Assembly: GCF_009834535.1 (NCBI RefSeq)
Contig: NC_045697.1
Coordinates: forward strand, 121,088,001-121,152,000
Reading direction: 5' to 3'
Origin: Camelus ferus
Taxonomy: Eukaryota
DNA: 64,000 bases
The notes under the pieces are model-generated. The model saw only the letters and a program-made list of their open reading frames with translations, was not told where the DNA came from and ran no database searches. Shown here in pieces: positions 26,301-39,141 of this stretch. The position numbers and the translations under genes are program-made. The stretch's first letter is position 1, and each line of letters opens with the position of its first letter.

Positions 26301-26869
26301 CCACGCAGCTGCCTGGTGTCACAGGTGTTCCCAGGCAGGGGGAATTCAGCTAATTACCTCCCCTATCCAGGGGGAGGCACTAAATGCTACCTGCTTTTCC
26401 AGCACTACATGCTACCTGCTTTCCACCACAACCCCCACATTTTCCCTGTAGCCTGCACTAGGAGGAACTCGGGGAAGACACGCGGAGGGCTCCTAGGAGA
26501 TCCCAGGTGCTGCAGACAGAGTACGGAACTTCCCCAAACTCAGAATTCCGGAACGCGGCTGAGTGGGTAGGGGAGGTTTGGGCCGCCCTCCACGCAGCTG
26601 CCTTGTGTCACAGGTGTTCCATGTCAGGGGGAATTTTGCTTTTACCTCTCCTGTCCAGGGGGAGTCCCTAGATGCTACCTGCAATTCCAGCCCAACACCA
26701 GGCTTTCCCTGCAGCCCGCACTAGGAGACACTCGGGGAATACACGCGGAGGGCTCCTAGGTGATCCCAGGCGCTGCAGACTGAATACGGAACCTCCACAA
26801 ATTCAGAATTACGGAACGCGGCCGAGTGGGTGGGGGAGGATTGGGGCCGCCCACCACACAGCTGCCTGG

Positions 26870-29800
26870 TGTCACAGGTGTTCCCTGGCAGGGTAAAATC
26901 CGCTAATTTCCTTCCCCGTTCAGGAGGAGGCACTGCATGCTACCTGGAATTCCAGCCCAACCCCCGCCTTTCCCCGGGTCCCCGCACTAGGAGACACTCT
27001 GGAAGACACGTGGAGGGCTCCCGAAGACGGGACCTCCCCACATTCAGAATTCCGGAACGAGTCCGAATGTGTGTGGGAGGTTTGGGGCCGCCCTTCACGC
27101 AGCTGCGTGGTGTCACATGTGTTCCTTGATGGGAATCCGCTAATTACCTCCCCTGTCCAGAGGGAGGCACTACATGCTACCTGCATTTCCAGCCCAACCC
27201 CCAATTTTCTCCGGCAGCCCGCACTAGGAGACACTCTGGGAAGACACGCGGAGGGCGCCTAAGTGATCCCAGTCGCTACAGACAGAGGACGGACCTCACC
27301 ACACTCAGAATTCCGGAACGCGGCCGAGTGGGTCAGGGAGGTTTGGGGCCGACCTCCACGAACCTGCCTAGTGTCACAGGTGTTCCCTGGCAGGGGAAAG
27401 TCCGCTAATTACCTCCCCTGTCCTGGGGGAGGCACTAGATGCTACCTGCGTTCCAGCCCAACCCGCGACTTCCCTGGAAGCCCGCACAAGGAGACAATCG
27501 GGGAAGACACGCGAATGGTTCCAAGGACGTCCCAGGCGCTGCAGACAGAGGACGGAACCTCCCCACACTCAGAATTCCGGAACGCGGCCGAGTGGGTGGG
27601 AAAGGTTTGGGCACGCCATCCTCCCAGCTGCCTGGTATCACAGGTGTTCCCTGGCAGGGGGATTACCGCTAATTACCTCCCAAGTCCAGGGGGAGGCACT
27701 ACATGTTACCTGCTTTTCCATCACAACCCCCGACTTTCCCGGGCAGCCTGCACTAGGAGACACTCGGGGAAGACATGCGGAGGGCTCCTAGGAGATCTCA
27801 GGGGCTGCAGAAAGAAGAAGGAAACCCCCACACTCAGAAATCCGGAACGCGGCCGAGTTGGTTGGGTAAGTTTGGTGCCGCACTCCGCGCATCTGCCTGG
27901 TGTCACATTTGTTCCCTTTCTGGGGGAATTCCGCTAATTACCTCCCCTGTCCAGGGGGAGGCACTAGATGCTATCTGCATTTCCAGCCCGACCCCCGACT
28001 TTCCCTGGCATCCCGCATTAGGAGACACTCGGGGAAGACACGCGGAGGGCTCCTAGTTTATCCCAGGTGCAGCAGACAGAGTACGGACCTCCCCACACTC
28101 AGAAATCCGGAACGAGGCCGGGCGGTGTGGGAGGTTTCGGGCCGCCCTCCACGCAGCTGCCCGGTGTTACATGTGTTTCCTGTCAGGGGGAAGTCCGCTA
28201 ATTTCCTTCCCTGTCCAGGGGGAGGCGCTACATGCTACCTTCATTTCCAGCAAAACCCACACATTTCCCCGGCAGCCCGCAATTTTAGACACTCGGGGAA
28301 GACACGCGGAGTGCTCCTAGGAGATCCCAGGCGCTGCAGACAGAGTACGGAACCTCCCAAAACTCAGAATTCCGAAACGCAGCCGAGTGGGTGTGGGAGG
28401 TTTGGGACCACACTCCACGCAGCTCCCAGGTGTCACAGGTGTTCCCTGGAAAGGGTAAGTCCGCTGAATACCTCCCCTGTCCAGGGGGAGGCACTATATG
28501 CTACCTGCATTTCCAGAACAACCCCCACATTTCCCCAGCTCCCCGAACTAGGATACACTCGGGGAAGACAAGCGGAGGGCTCCTAGGAGACCCCAGGCGC
28601 TGCAGAAAGAAGACCGAACCTCCCCACACTCAGAATTCCGGAACAAGGCCGAGTGGGTGGGGGAGGTTTGGGACCAACCCCACGAAGCTGCCGGGTGTTA
28701 CATGTGTTCTCTGGCTGGGGGATGTCCGCTAATTACCTCCCCTGTCCAGGGGGAGGCGCTACATGCTACCTGCATTTCCAGCCCAACACCAGCATTTCCC
28801 CGGCACACTGCACTAGGATTCACTCGGTGAAGACAGGCGGAGGGCTCCTAGGAGATCCCAGGTGCTGCAGACAGAGGAAGGAACCTCTCCACACTCAAAA
28901 TTCCGGAACAAGGCCGAGTGGTTAGGGGAGGTTTGGGGCGGCCCTCCACGCAGTTGCCTGGTGTCACAGGTGTTCCCTGGAAGGGGGAAGTCCGCTAATT
29001 ACCTCCCCTGTTCAGGGGGAGGCACTACATGCTACCTGCATTTCCAGCCCTACCCCCACCGTTCCCCGGCATCCAGCAAGAGGAGACACACGGGGAAGAC
29101 ATGCGGAGTGCTCCTAGGAAATCCCAGGAGCTGAAGAAAGAGTACAGAACTTCCCCACCCTCAGAATAACAGAACGCGGACGAGAGTTTTCGGGAGGTTT
29201 GGGTCCGACCTCCACGCAGCTGCCTTGTGTCACAGGTGTTCCAAGCCAGGGGAAATTCCGCTTTTACCTCTCCTGTCCAGGGGGATTCCCTAGATGCTAC
29301 CTGCAATTCCAGCACAACACCAGGCTTTCCCTGCATCCCACACTAGGAGACACTCGGGGAATACACGTGGAGGCTCCTAGGTGATCCCAGGTGCTGCAGA
29401 GAGAATACGGAACCTCCCCACACTCAGAATTCCGTAACGCGGCCGAGTGGGTGGGGGAGGTTTGGGGCCTCCCTCCACGCAGCTGCCTGGTGTCACAGGT
29501 GTTCCCTGGCAGGGGGAAGACCGCTAATTACCACCCCTGTCCAGGGGGTGAAACTACATGCTACCTGCATTTCCAGCACAACCCCCGCATTTCCCTGTCT
29601 GCCCGCACTAGGAGACACTCCGGGAAGGCACGCGGAGGGCTCCTATGAGATCTCAGGCGCTGCAGACAGAGGACGGAACCTCCCCACACTCAGAATTCCA
29701 GAACAAGGCCGAGTGGGAGTGGGAGGATTGGGGCCGCCCTCCACGCAGCTGCCTCTTGTCACAGGTGTTCCCTGGCAGGGTGAAGTCCGCTAATTACCTT

Positions 29801-30100
29801 CCCCGTCCAGGGGGAGGCACTAGATGCTATCTGCATTTCCAGCCCGACCCCCGCCTTTCCCCGGCATCCCGCATTAGGAGACACTCGGGGAAGACACGCG
29901 GAGGGCTCCTAGGTGATCCCAGGCGCTGCAGAGAGAGTACGGCACCTCCCAAAACTCAGAATACCGGAACGCGGCCGAGTGGTTTGTTGAGGTTTGGGGC
30001 CGACCTCCACGCAGCTGCCTGGTGTCACAGGTGTTCCCTGGCATGGGGAATTACGCTAATTACCTGATCTGTCCAGGGAGAGGCACTACATGCTATCTGC
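26870..30100. repeat. Dispersed copy of the monomer run at ~3500-6730; its first ~2 kb recurs at ~40410-42390
   Basis: ORF offsets ~23370 (3891/27263, 5021/28391, 6276/29645) and ~13540 (27263/40803, 27900/41442, 28391/41933). Boundaries approximate. Confidence 0.85.
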
Positions 30101-31879
30101 ATTTCCAGCCCAACCCCCACATTTCCCCGGCAGACCGCACCAGGAGACACTCGGGGAAGACACGCGGAGGGCTCCTAGGAGATGCCAGGCGCTGCAGACC
30201 GAGTACGGAAATTCTCCACACTCAGAATTCCGGAACGCGGCCGAGTGGGTGGGGAAGGTTTGGGGCCGCTCTCCACGCAGCTGACCGGTGTCACAGGTGT
30301 TCCATGGCAGGGGGATTTCCGCCTTTACCTCTACTGTCCAGGAGGTGTCCCTAGATGCTACCTGAAATTCCAGCACAACACCAGGCATTCCCTGCAGCCC
30401 GCACTAGGAGACACTCGGGGAATACAAGCGGAGGGCTCCTAGGTGATCCCAGGCACTGCAGACAGAGTACGGAACCTCCATACACTCAGAATTCCGGAAC
30501 GCGGCCGAGTCGGTGGGGAAGGTTTGGGGCCGCCGTCCACGCAGCTGCCTGGTGTCACAGGTGTTCCCAGGCAGGGGGAATTCAGCTAATTACCTCCCCT
30601 ATCCAGGGGGAGGCACTAAATGCTACCTGCTTTTCCAGCACTACATGCTACCTGCTTTTCCACCACTACCCCCGCATTTTCCCTGTAGCCTGCACTAGGA
30701 GGAACTCGGGGAAGACACGCGGAGGGCTCCTAGGAGATCCCAGGTGCTGCAGACAGAGTACGGAACTTCCCCAAACTCAGAATTCCGGAACGCGGCTGAG
30801 TGGGTACGGGAGGTTTGGGCCGCCCTCCACGCAGCTGCCTTGTGTCACAGGTGTTCCATGTCAGGGGGAATTTTGCTTTTACCTCTCCTGTCCAGGGGGA
30901 GTCCCTAGATGCTACCTGCAATTCCAGCCCAACACCAGGCTTTCCCTGCAGCCCGCATTAGGAGACACTCGGGGAATACACGCGGAGGGCTCCTAGGTGA
31001 TCCCAGGCGCTGCAGACTGAATACGGAACCTCCACAAATTCAGAATTACGGAACGCGGCCGAGTGGGTGGGGGAGGATTGGGGCCGCCCACCACACAGCT
31101 GCCTGGTGTCACAGGTGTTCCCTGGAAGGGGGAAGTCTGCTAAATTCCTCCCCTGTCCAGGGGAAATCACTAGATGAACCTGAATTTCCAGCCCATCCCC
31201 CGCATTTCCCCGGCAGCCCGCACTAGGAGACACTCGGAGAAGACACGTTGTTTGCTACTAGGGGATTCCAGGTGCTGCACAGAAGACCGAACCTCCTCAA
31301 ACTCAGAATTCCGTAACGTGGCCGAGTGGGTTGGGGAGGTTTGGGACCAAAACCCACGCAGCTGCATGGTGTCAAAAGTGTTCCCTGGAAGGGGGAATTC
31401 CGCTAAATTCCTCCCATGTCCGGGGGGAGGCACTAAAAGCTAACTGCATTTCCAGCCCAGCACCCGACTTTCCCCGGCTCCCCGCACGAGTATACAATCG
31501 GGGAAGACACGCGGAGGGCTCCTAGGAGATGCCAGGCGCTGCAGACCGAGTACGGAAATTCTCCACACGTAGAATTCCGGAACGCGGCCGAGTGGGTGGG
31601 GAAGGTTTGGGGCCGCTCTCCACGCAGCTGACCGGTGTCACAGGTGTTCCATGGCAGGGGGATTTCCGCCTTTACCTCTACTGTCCAGGAGGTGTCCCTA
31701 GATGCTACCTGAAATTCCAGCACAACACCAGGCATTCCCTGCAGCCCGCACTAGGAGACACTCGGGGAATACAAGCGGAGGGCTCCTAGGTGATCCCAGG
31801 CGCTGCAGACAGAGTACGGAACCTCCCCACACTCAGAATCCCGGAACGCGGCCGAGTGGGTGGGGGAGGTTTGGGGCCG

Positions 31880-33260
31880 CCCTCCACGCAGCTGCCACTT
31901 GTCACAGGTGTTCCCTGGCAGGGTGAATTCCGCTAATTACCTTCCCTGTCCAGGGGGAGGCACTACATGCTACATGTTATTCCAGCCCAACCCCCGCCTT
32001 TCCCCGGCTCCCCGCACTAGGATACACTCTGAGAAGACACGCGGAGGGCTCATAGTTGATTCCAGGTGCTGCAGACAGAGTACGGAACCTCCAAAAATTC
32101 AGAATTCCGGACGCGGCCGAGTGGGTAGGGGAGGTTTGGGGCCGCTCTCCACGCAGCTGCCTGGCTTCACAGGTGTTCCCTGGCAGGGGGAATTCCGCTA
32201 ATTACCTCTTCTGTCCAGGGGGAGTCACTAGATGCTACCTGTATTTCCAGCACATCCCCCGCATTTCCCCGGCTGCCCGCACTTGGAGACACTTGGGGAA
32301 TACACGCGGAGGGCTCCTAGGAGATCCCAGGCGCTGCAGACAGAGTACGGAACCTCCCCACACTCAGAATTCCAGAACAAGGCCGAGTGGGTGTAGGAGG
32401 TTTGGGGCCGCCTTCCACGCAGCTGCCTCTTGTCACAGGTGTTCCCTGGCAGGGTGAAATAAGGTAATTACCTTCCCTGTCCAGGGGGAGGCACTAGATG
32501 CTACCTGCATTTCCAGCAACACCCCGCATTTTCCCTGTAGCCCGCACTAGGAGACACTCGGGGAAGACACGCGGAGTGCTCCTAGGTTATCCCAGGCGCT
32601 GCAGACAGATTATGGAATCTCCCCACACTCAGAATTCCGGAACGCGGCCGAGTGTTTGGGGGAGGTTTGGGGCCGACCTCCAGGCAGCTGCCTGGTGTCA
32701 AAGGTGTTCCATGACATGGGGAATTCCACGTTTACCTCTCCTGTCCAGGGGGATTCCCTAGATGCTACCTGCAATTCCAGCACAACACCAGGCTTTCCCT
32801 GCAGCCCGCCCTAGCAGACACTCGGGGAATAAAAGCGGAGGGCTCCTAGGTGATCCCAGGCGCTGCAAACAGAGTACGGACCCTCCACAAACTCAGAATA
32901 CCTTAACACGGCCGAGTGGGTGGGGGAATATTGGGGCTGCCTTCCACGAAGCTGCCTGGTGTCGCAGGTGTTCCCTGGCAGGGGAAGTCCTCTAATTACC
33001 AATCCTGTCCAGGGGGAGTCACTAGATGCTACCTGCATTTCCAGCCAAACCCCCGCCTTTCCCTGGCTGCCCGCAATAGGAGACACTTGGGTAAGACACG
33101 TGGAAGGCTCCTAGCTAATCAGAGGCGCTGCAGATAGATTACGGAACCTCCCAACACTCAGAATTCCAGAACAAGGCCGAGTGGGTGTGGGAGGTTTGGG
33201 GCCGCCTTCCACGCAGCGGACTCTTGTCACAGGTGTTCCATGGCAGGGAGAAGTCCGCTA
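31880..33260. repeat. Dispersed copy of the monomer run at ~20200-21575 (offset ~11684)
   Basis: ORF pairs 20372/32056, 20814/32498, 21231/32916. Boundaries approximate. Confidence 0.78.
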
Positions 33261-34969
33261 AATACCTTCCCTGTCCAGGGCGAGGCGCTACATGCTACCT
33301 GCTTTTCCAGCCCAACCCCCGCATTTACCCGGAAGCCCGCACAAGGAGACATTCGGGGATGACACGCAGAGGGCTCCTAGGAGATCCCAGGCGCTGCAGA
33401 CAGAGTACGGACTTCCTCACACTCAGATTTCCGGAACGAGGCCGAGTTGGTCGTTGAGGTTGGGGCCGCCCTCCACGCAGCTTCCGGGTGTTACATGTGT
33501 TCCCTGGCAGGGGGAATTTCACTAATTACCCCCCCTGTCCAGGGGGAGGCGCTACATGCTACCTGCTTTTGCAGCACAACCCCCGCATTTCCCCGGCAGC
33601 CCGCACTAGGATACACTCGGAGAAGACACGTGGACTGCTCCTAGGGGATTCCAGGTACTGCAGACTGAAGACCGAACCTCCCCACCCTCAGTATTCCGGA
33701 AAGTGTCCGAGTGGTGGGGGAGTTTTCGGGCCTACCTCCACGCAGCTGCCTGGTGTCACTGCTGTTCCCTGGCAGGGGGAATTCCGCTAATTACCTCCCC
33801 TATCCCGGGGGATTAACTAGAATCTACCTGCATTTCCAGGCAACCCCCTCCATTCCCCGTCTCCCCGCAATAGGAGACACTAGGGGAAGGCACGTGTATG
33901 GCTACTAGGAGATCCCAACTCTAGAGACTGAAGACCAATCCTCCCCAAACTCAGAATCCCGGAACGTGGCCGAGTGGGTAGGGGAGGTTTGGGACCAACC
34001 CCCACGCAGCTGCCTGGTGTCACAGGTGTTCCCTGGAAGGGGGAAGTCCGCTAAATTCCTCCCCTGTCCAGTGGGAGGCACTACAAGCTACCTGCATTTC
34101 CAGCACATCCCCCGAATTTCCCCGGCTTCCCGCACGAGGATACACTCGGGGAAGACACGCGGAGGGCTCCTAGGAGATCCAAGGCGCTGCAGACCGTGTA
34201 CGGAAATTCTCCACACTCAGAATTCCGGAACGTGGCCGAGTGGGTGGGGAAGGTTTGGGGCCGCCCTCCACGCAGCTGCCTGGTGTCACAGGTGTTCCCA
34301 GGCAGGGGGAATTCAGCTAATTACCTCCCCTGTCCAGGGGGAGGCACTACATTTTACCTGTTTTCCAGCACAACCCCCGCCTTTCCCGGCAGCCCTCCCT
34401 AGGAGACACTCGGGGAAGACACGCGGAGGGCTCCTAGGAGATCCCAGGCGCTGCAGAGAGAGTACGGACCTTCCCAAAATCAGATTTCCGGAACGCAGCC
34501 GAGACGGTGGGGGAGATTTGGGGCCACCCTCCACGCAGCTGCCTGGTGTCACATGTGTTCCCTGGCATGGGGAAGTCCGCTTATTACCTCCCTTGTCCAG
34601 GGGGAGGCATTATATGCTAATTGCATTTCCAGCCTAACTCCCGCATTTCCCCGACACCCCGCACTAGGATACACTCGGGGAAGACACGCGGATTTCTACT
34701 AGGAGATCGCAGGCGCTGTAGACAGAGGACGGAACCTCCCACACTTAGAATTCCGGAACGCGGCCGAGAGGATGGGGAAGGTTTAGGGCCGTACTCCACG
34801 CAGCGGCCTGGTGTCACAGGTGTTCCATTGCAGGGGGAAGTCCGCTAATTACCTCCCCTGTCCAGGGAGAGGCACTACATGCTACCTTCTTTTCCAGGCC
34901 AACCCCCGAATTTCCCCGGCACCCCGCCCTTGGAGACAATCGGGGAATACACGCGGAGGGCTCCTAGGT

Positions 34970-36890
34970 GATCCCAGGCGCTGCAGACAGAGGACGGGAC
35001 CTCGCCACCCTCAGAATTCCGGAACGCGGCCGAGTGGCTGGGGGAGGTTTGGGGCCGCCCTCCTCGCAGCTGCCTGGTGTCACAGATGTTCCCTGGCAGG
35101 GGGAAGACCGCTAATTACCTGACCTGTCCAAGGGGAGGCTCTAAATGCTACCTGCATTTCCAGACCAACCCCCGCCTTTCGCCGGCAGCCCGCACTAGGA
35201 GACACTCGGGGAAGACACGCGGAGGGCTCCTAGGAGATCCCAGGGGCTGCAAACAGAGTACGGATCCTCCACACACTCAGAATTCTTAACGCGGCCGAGT
35301 GGGTGGGGGAAGATAGGGGCTGCCCTCCACGAAGCTGCCTGGTGTCGCAGGTGTTCCCAGGAAGGGGGAAGTCCGCTAATTACCTCTCCTGTCCAGAGGG
35401 ATTCAGTACATGCTATCTACATTTCCAGTCCAACCCCCACATTTCCCCAGCACCGCGAACTAGGAGACACTCGATGTAGACAAGCGGAGGGTTCTTAAGA
35501 GATCCCAGGCGCTGTACACAGAGTACGGATCCTCCACACACTCAGAATACCTTAACGCGGCCGAGTGGGTGGGGGAAGATTGGGGCTGCCTTCCACGAAG
35601 CTGCCTGGTGTCGCAGGTGTTCCCTCACAGGGGAAGTCCTCTAATTACCTCTCCTGTCCCGGGGGAGTCACTAGATGCTACCTGCATTTCCAGCCAAACC
35701 CCCGTCTTTCCCTGGCTGTCCGCACTAGGAGACACATGGGGAAGACACGCGGAAGGCTCCTAGGTGATCCCAGGCGCTGCAGACAGATTACGGAACCTCC
35801 CCACAGTCAGAATTCCAGAACAAAGCCGAGTGGGTGTGGGAGGTTTGGGCCGTCCTCCACGCAGCTGACTCTTGTCACAGGTGTTCCCTGGCAGGGAGAA
35901 TTCCGCTAAATACCTTCCCTGTCCAGGGGGAGGCGCTACATGCTACCTGCTTTTCCAGCCCAACCCCCGCATTTACCCGGAAGCCCGCACAATGAGACAC
36001 TCGGGGAAGACACGCGGAGGGCGCATAGGTGATCCCAGTCGCTGCAGACAGAGGACGGAACTCCCCACACTCAGAATTCCGGAACGCGGCCGAGTGGGTC
36101 AGTGAGGTTTGGGGCCGCCCTCCACGAACCTGCCTAGTGTCACAGGTCTTCCCTGGCAGGGGAAAGTCCGCTAATTACCTCCCCTGTCCTGGGGGAGGCA
36201 CTTGATTCTACCTGCGTTTCCAGCCCAACCCGCGACTTTCCCCGGAATCCCGCACAAGGAGACAATCGTGGAAGACACGCGAATGGTTCCGAGGACGTCC
36301 CAGGCGCTTCAGACAGAGGACAGAACATCCCCACACTCATAATTCTGGATCGCGGCCAAGTGGGTTGGAAAGGATAGGGCACGACATCCTCCCAGCTGCC
36401 TGGTGTCACAGGTGTTCCCTGGCAGGGGGATTTCCGCTAATTACCTCCCAAGTCCAGGGGGAGGCACTACATGTTACCTGCTTTTCCATCACAACCCCCG
36501 ACTTTCCCGGGCAGCCCGCACTAGGAGACAAACGAGGAAGACACGCGGAGGGCTCCTAGGAGATCTCAGGCGCTGCAGACAGAAGAAGGAAGCCCCCCAC
36601 ACTCAGAAATCCGGAACGCGGCCGAGTTGGTTGGAAAAGTTTGATGCCGCACTCCGCGCATTTGTCTGGTGTCACATTTGTTCCCTTTCAGGGGGAATTC
36701 CGCTAATTACCTCCCCTGTCCAGTTTGAGGCACTAGATGCTATCTGCATTTCCAGCCCGACCTCCGCTTTTCCCCGGCATCCCTCATTATGAGACACTCG
36801 GGGAAGACACGCGGAGGGCTCCTAGGAGATCCCAGGCGCTGCAGAGAGAGTACGGCACCTCCCAACACTCAGAATACCGGAACGTGGCCG
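34970..36890. repeat. Dispersed copy of the monomer run at ~21965-23890 (offset ~13007)
   Basis: ORF pairs 22070/35077, 22558/35565, 22865/35872, 23133/36140; shared rare monomer with 'cactcgatgtagacaagcggagggttcttaagagat'. Boundaries approximate. Confidence 0.82.
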
Positions 36891-37250
36891 AGTGGTTTGT
36901 TGAGGTTTGGGGCCGACCTCCACGCAGCTGCCTGGTGTCACAGGTGTTCCCTGGCAGGGGGAATTACGCTAATTACCTGATCTGTCCAGGGAGAGGCACT
37001 ACATGCTAGCTGCATTTCCAGCACAATCCCCGCCATTCCTCGGGTCCCAGCACTATGATACACTCGGGGAATACACGCGGAAGGCTCCTAGAGATCCCAG
37101 GTGCTGCAGACAGAGTACGGAACCTCCCCACACTCAGAATTAAGGAACGAAGACGAGTGGGTGGGGTAGGTTTCGCATAACCCAACACGCAGCAGCCTGG
37201 TGTCACAGGTGTTCCCTGGAAGGGGGAAATTCGCTCATTACCTACCCTAA

Positions 37251-39141
37251 CCAGGGGGAGGCACTAAATGCTACCTGCTTTTCCAGCACTACATGCTACC
37301 TGCTTTTCCACCACAACCCCCGCATTTTCCCTGTAGCCTGCACTAGGAGGAACTCGGGGAAGACACGCGGAGGGCTCCTAGGTGATTCCAGGTGCTGCAG
37401 ACAGAGTACGGAACCTCCACAAATTCAGAATTCTGGACGCGGCCGAGTGGGTAGGGGAGGTTTGGGGCCGCTCTCCACGCAGCTGCCTGGCATCACAGGT
37501 GTTCCCTGGCAGGGGGAATTCCGCTAATTACCTCTTCTGTCCAGGGGAAGTCACTAGATGCTACCTGTATTTCCAGCACATCCCCCGCATTTCCCTGGCT
37601 GCCCGCACTTGGAGACATTTGGGGAATACACGCGTAGGGCTCCTAGGAGATCCCAGGCGCTGCAGACAGAGTACGGAACCTCCCCACACTCAGAAATCCA
37701 GAACAAGGCCGAGTGGGTGTAGGAGGTTTGGGGCCGACTTCCACGCAGCTGCCTCTTGTCACAGGTGTTCCCTGGCCGGGTGAATTCCGCTAATTACTTT
37801 CCCTGTCCAGGGGGAGGCACTACATGCTACCTGCTACTGCAGCCCAACCCCCGCCTTTCCCCGGCTCCTCTCACTAGGAGACACTCTGGGAAGACACGCG
37901 GAGGGCTCCTAGGTGATCCCAGGCGCTGCACACAGAGTACGGAACCTCCACAAATTCAGAATTCCGGAACGCGACCGAGTGGGTGGGGGAGGTTTGGGGA
38001 CGCACTCCACGCAGCTGCTTGTTGTCAGAGGTGTTCCCTGGCAGGGGGAATTCCGCTAATTACCTCCCCTGTCCAGGAGGAGTCACTAGATGCTACCTGC
38101 ATATCCAGCAAAACCCCCGCCTTTCAACGGCTCCCCGTAATAGGAGACACTATGGGAAGGCACGTGGATGGCTCCTAGGAGATCCCAGCGGCTGGAGACC
38201 GAAGACCAAACCTCCCCAAACTCAGAATTCCGGAATGCGGCCGAGTGGGTGGGGGAGGTTTGGAACCAAACCCCACGAAGCTGCCGGGTGTTACATGTGT
38301 TCTCTGGCAGGGGGAATTCCGCTAATTACCTCCCCTGTCCAGGGGGTGGCACTAAATTCTACCTGCATTTCCAGCCCAACACCAGCATTTTCCCGGCACA
38401 CTGCACAAGGATACACTCGGGGAAGACAGGCGGAGGGCTCCTAGGAGATCCCAGTTGCTGCAGACAGAGGACGGAACCTCTCCACACTCAAAATTACGGA
38501 ACAAGGCCGAGTGGTTAGGGGAGGTTTGGGGCGGCCCTCCACGCAGCTGCCTGGTGTCACAGGTGTTCCCTGGAAGGGGGAAGTCCGCTAATTACCTCCC
38601 CTGTTCAGGGGGAGGCACTACATGCTACCTGCATTTCCAGCCCTACCCCCACCATTCCCCGGCATCCAGCAAGAGGAGACACACGGGGAAGACATGCGGA
38701 GTGCTCCTAGGGGATCCCAGGAGCTGAAGAGAGAGTACAGAACTTCCCCACCCTCAGAATAACAGAACGCGGACGAGAGTTTTCGGGAGGTTTGGGTCCG
38801 ACCTCCACGCAGCTGCCTTGTGTCACAGGTGTTCCAAGCCAGGGGAAATTCCGCTTTTACCTCTACTGTCCAGGGGGATTCCCTAGATGCTACCTGCAAT
38901 TCCAGCACAACACCAGGCTTTCCCTGCATCCCACACTAGGAGACACTCGGGGAATACACGTGGAGGGCTCCTAGGTGATCCCAGGCGCTGCAGAGAGAGT
39001 ACGGCACCTCCCCACACTCAGAATACCGCAACGCGGCCGAGTGGTTGAGGGAGGTTTGGGGAAGACCTCCACGCAGCTGCCTGGTGTCACAGGTTTTCCC
39101 TGGCAGGGGGAATTCCGTTAATTACCTCCCCTGTCCAGGGG
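37251..39141. repeat. Dispersed third copy of an ~7-monomer run also at ~43616-45506 and ~46801-48691
   Basis: ORFs 37382, 37756, 37983, 38168, 38455 and 38618 match 43747, 44121, 44348, 44533, 44820 and 44983 at offset 6365 (24 monomers). Confidence 0.88.

Noticed and set aside
34376..34390. CENP-B box (nTTCGnnnnAnnCGGGn)
   Set aside because: The best match I saw is on the minus strand (CCCGccTttccCGgc, 7 of 9 core positions) in a rare 1-bp-deletion variant; the consensus does not match. By-eye search only; a regex scan would settle it.
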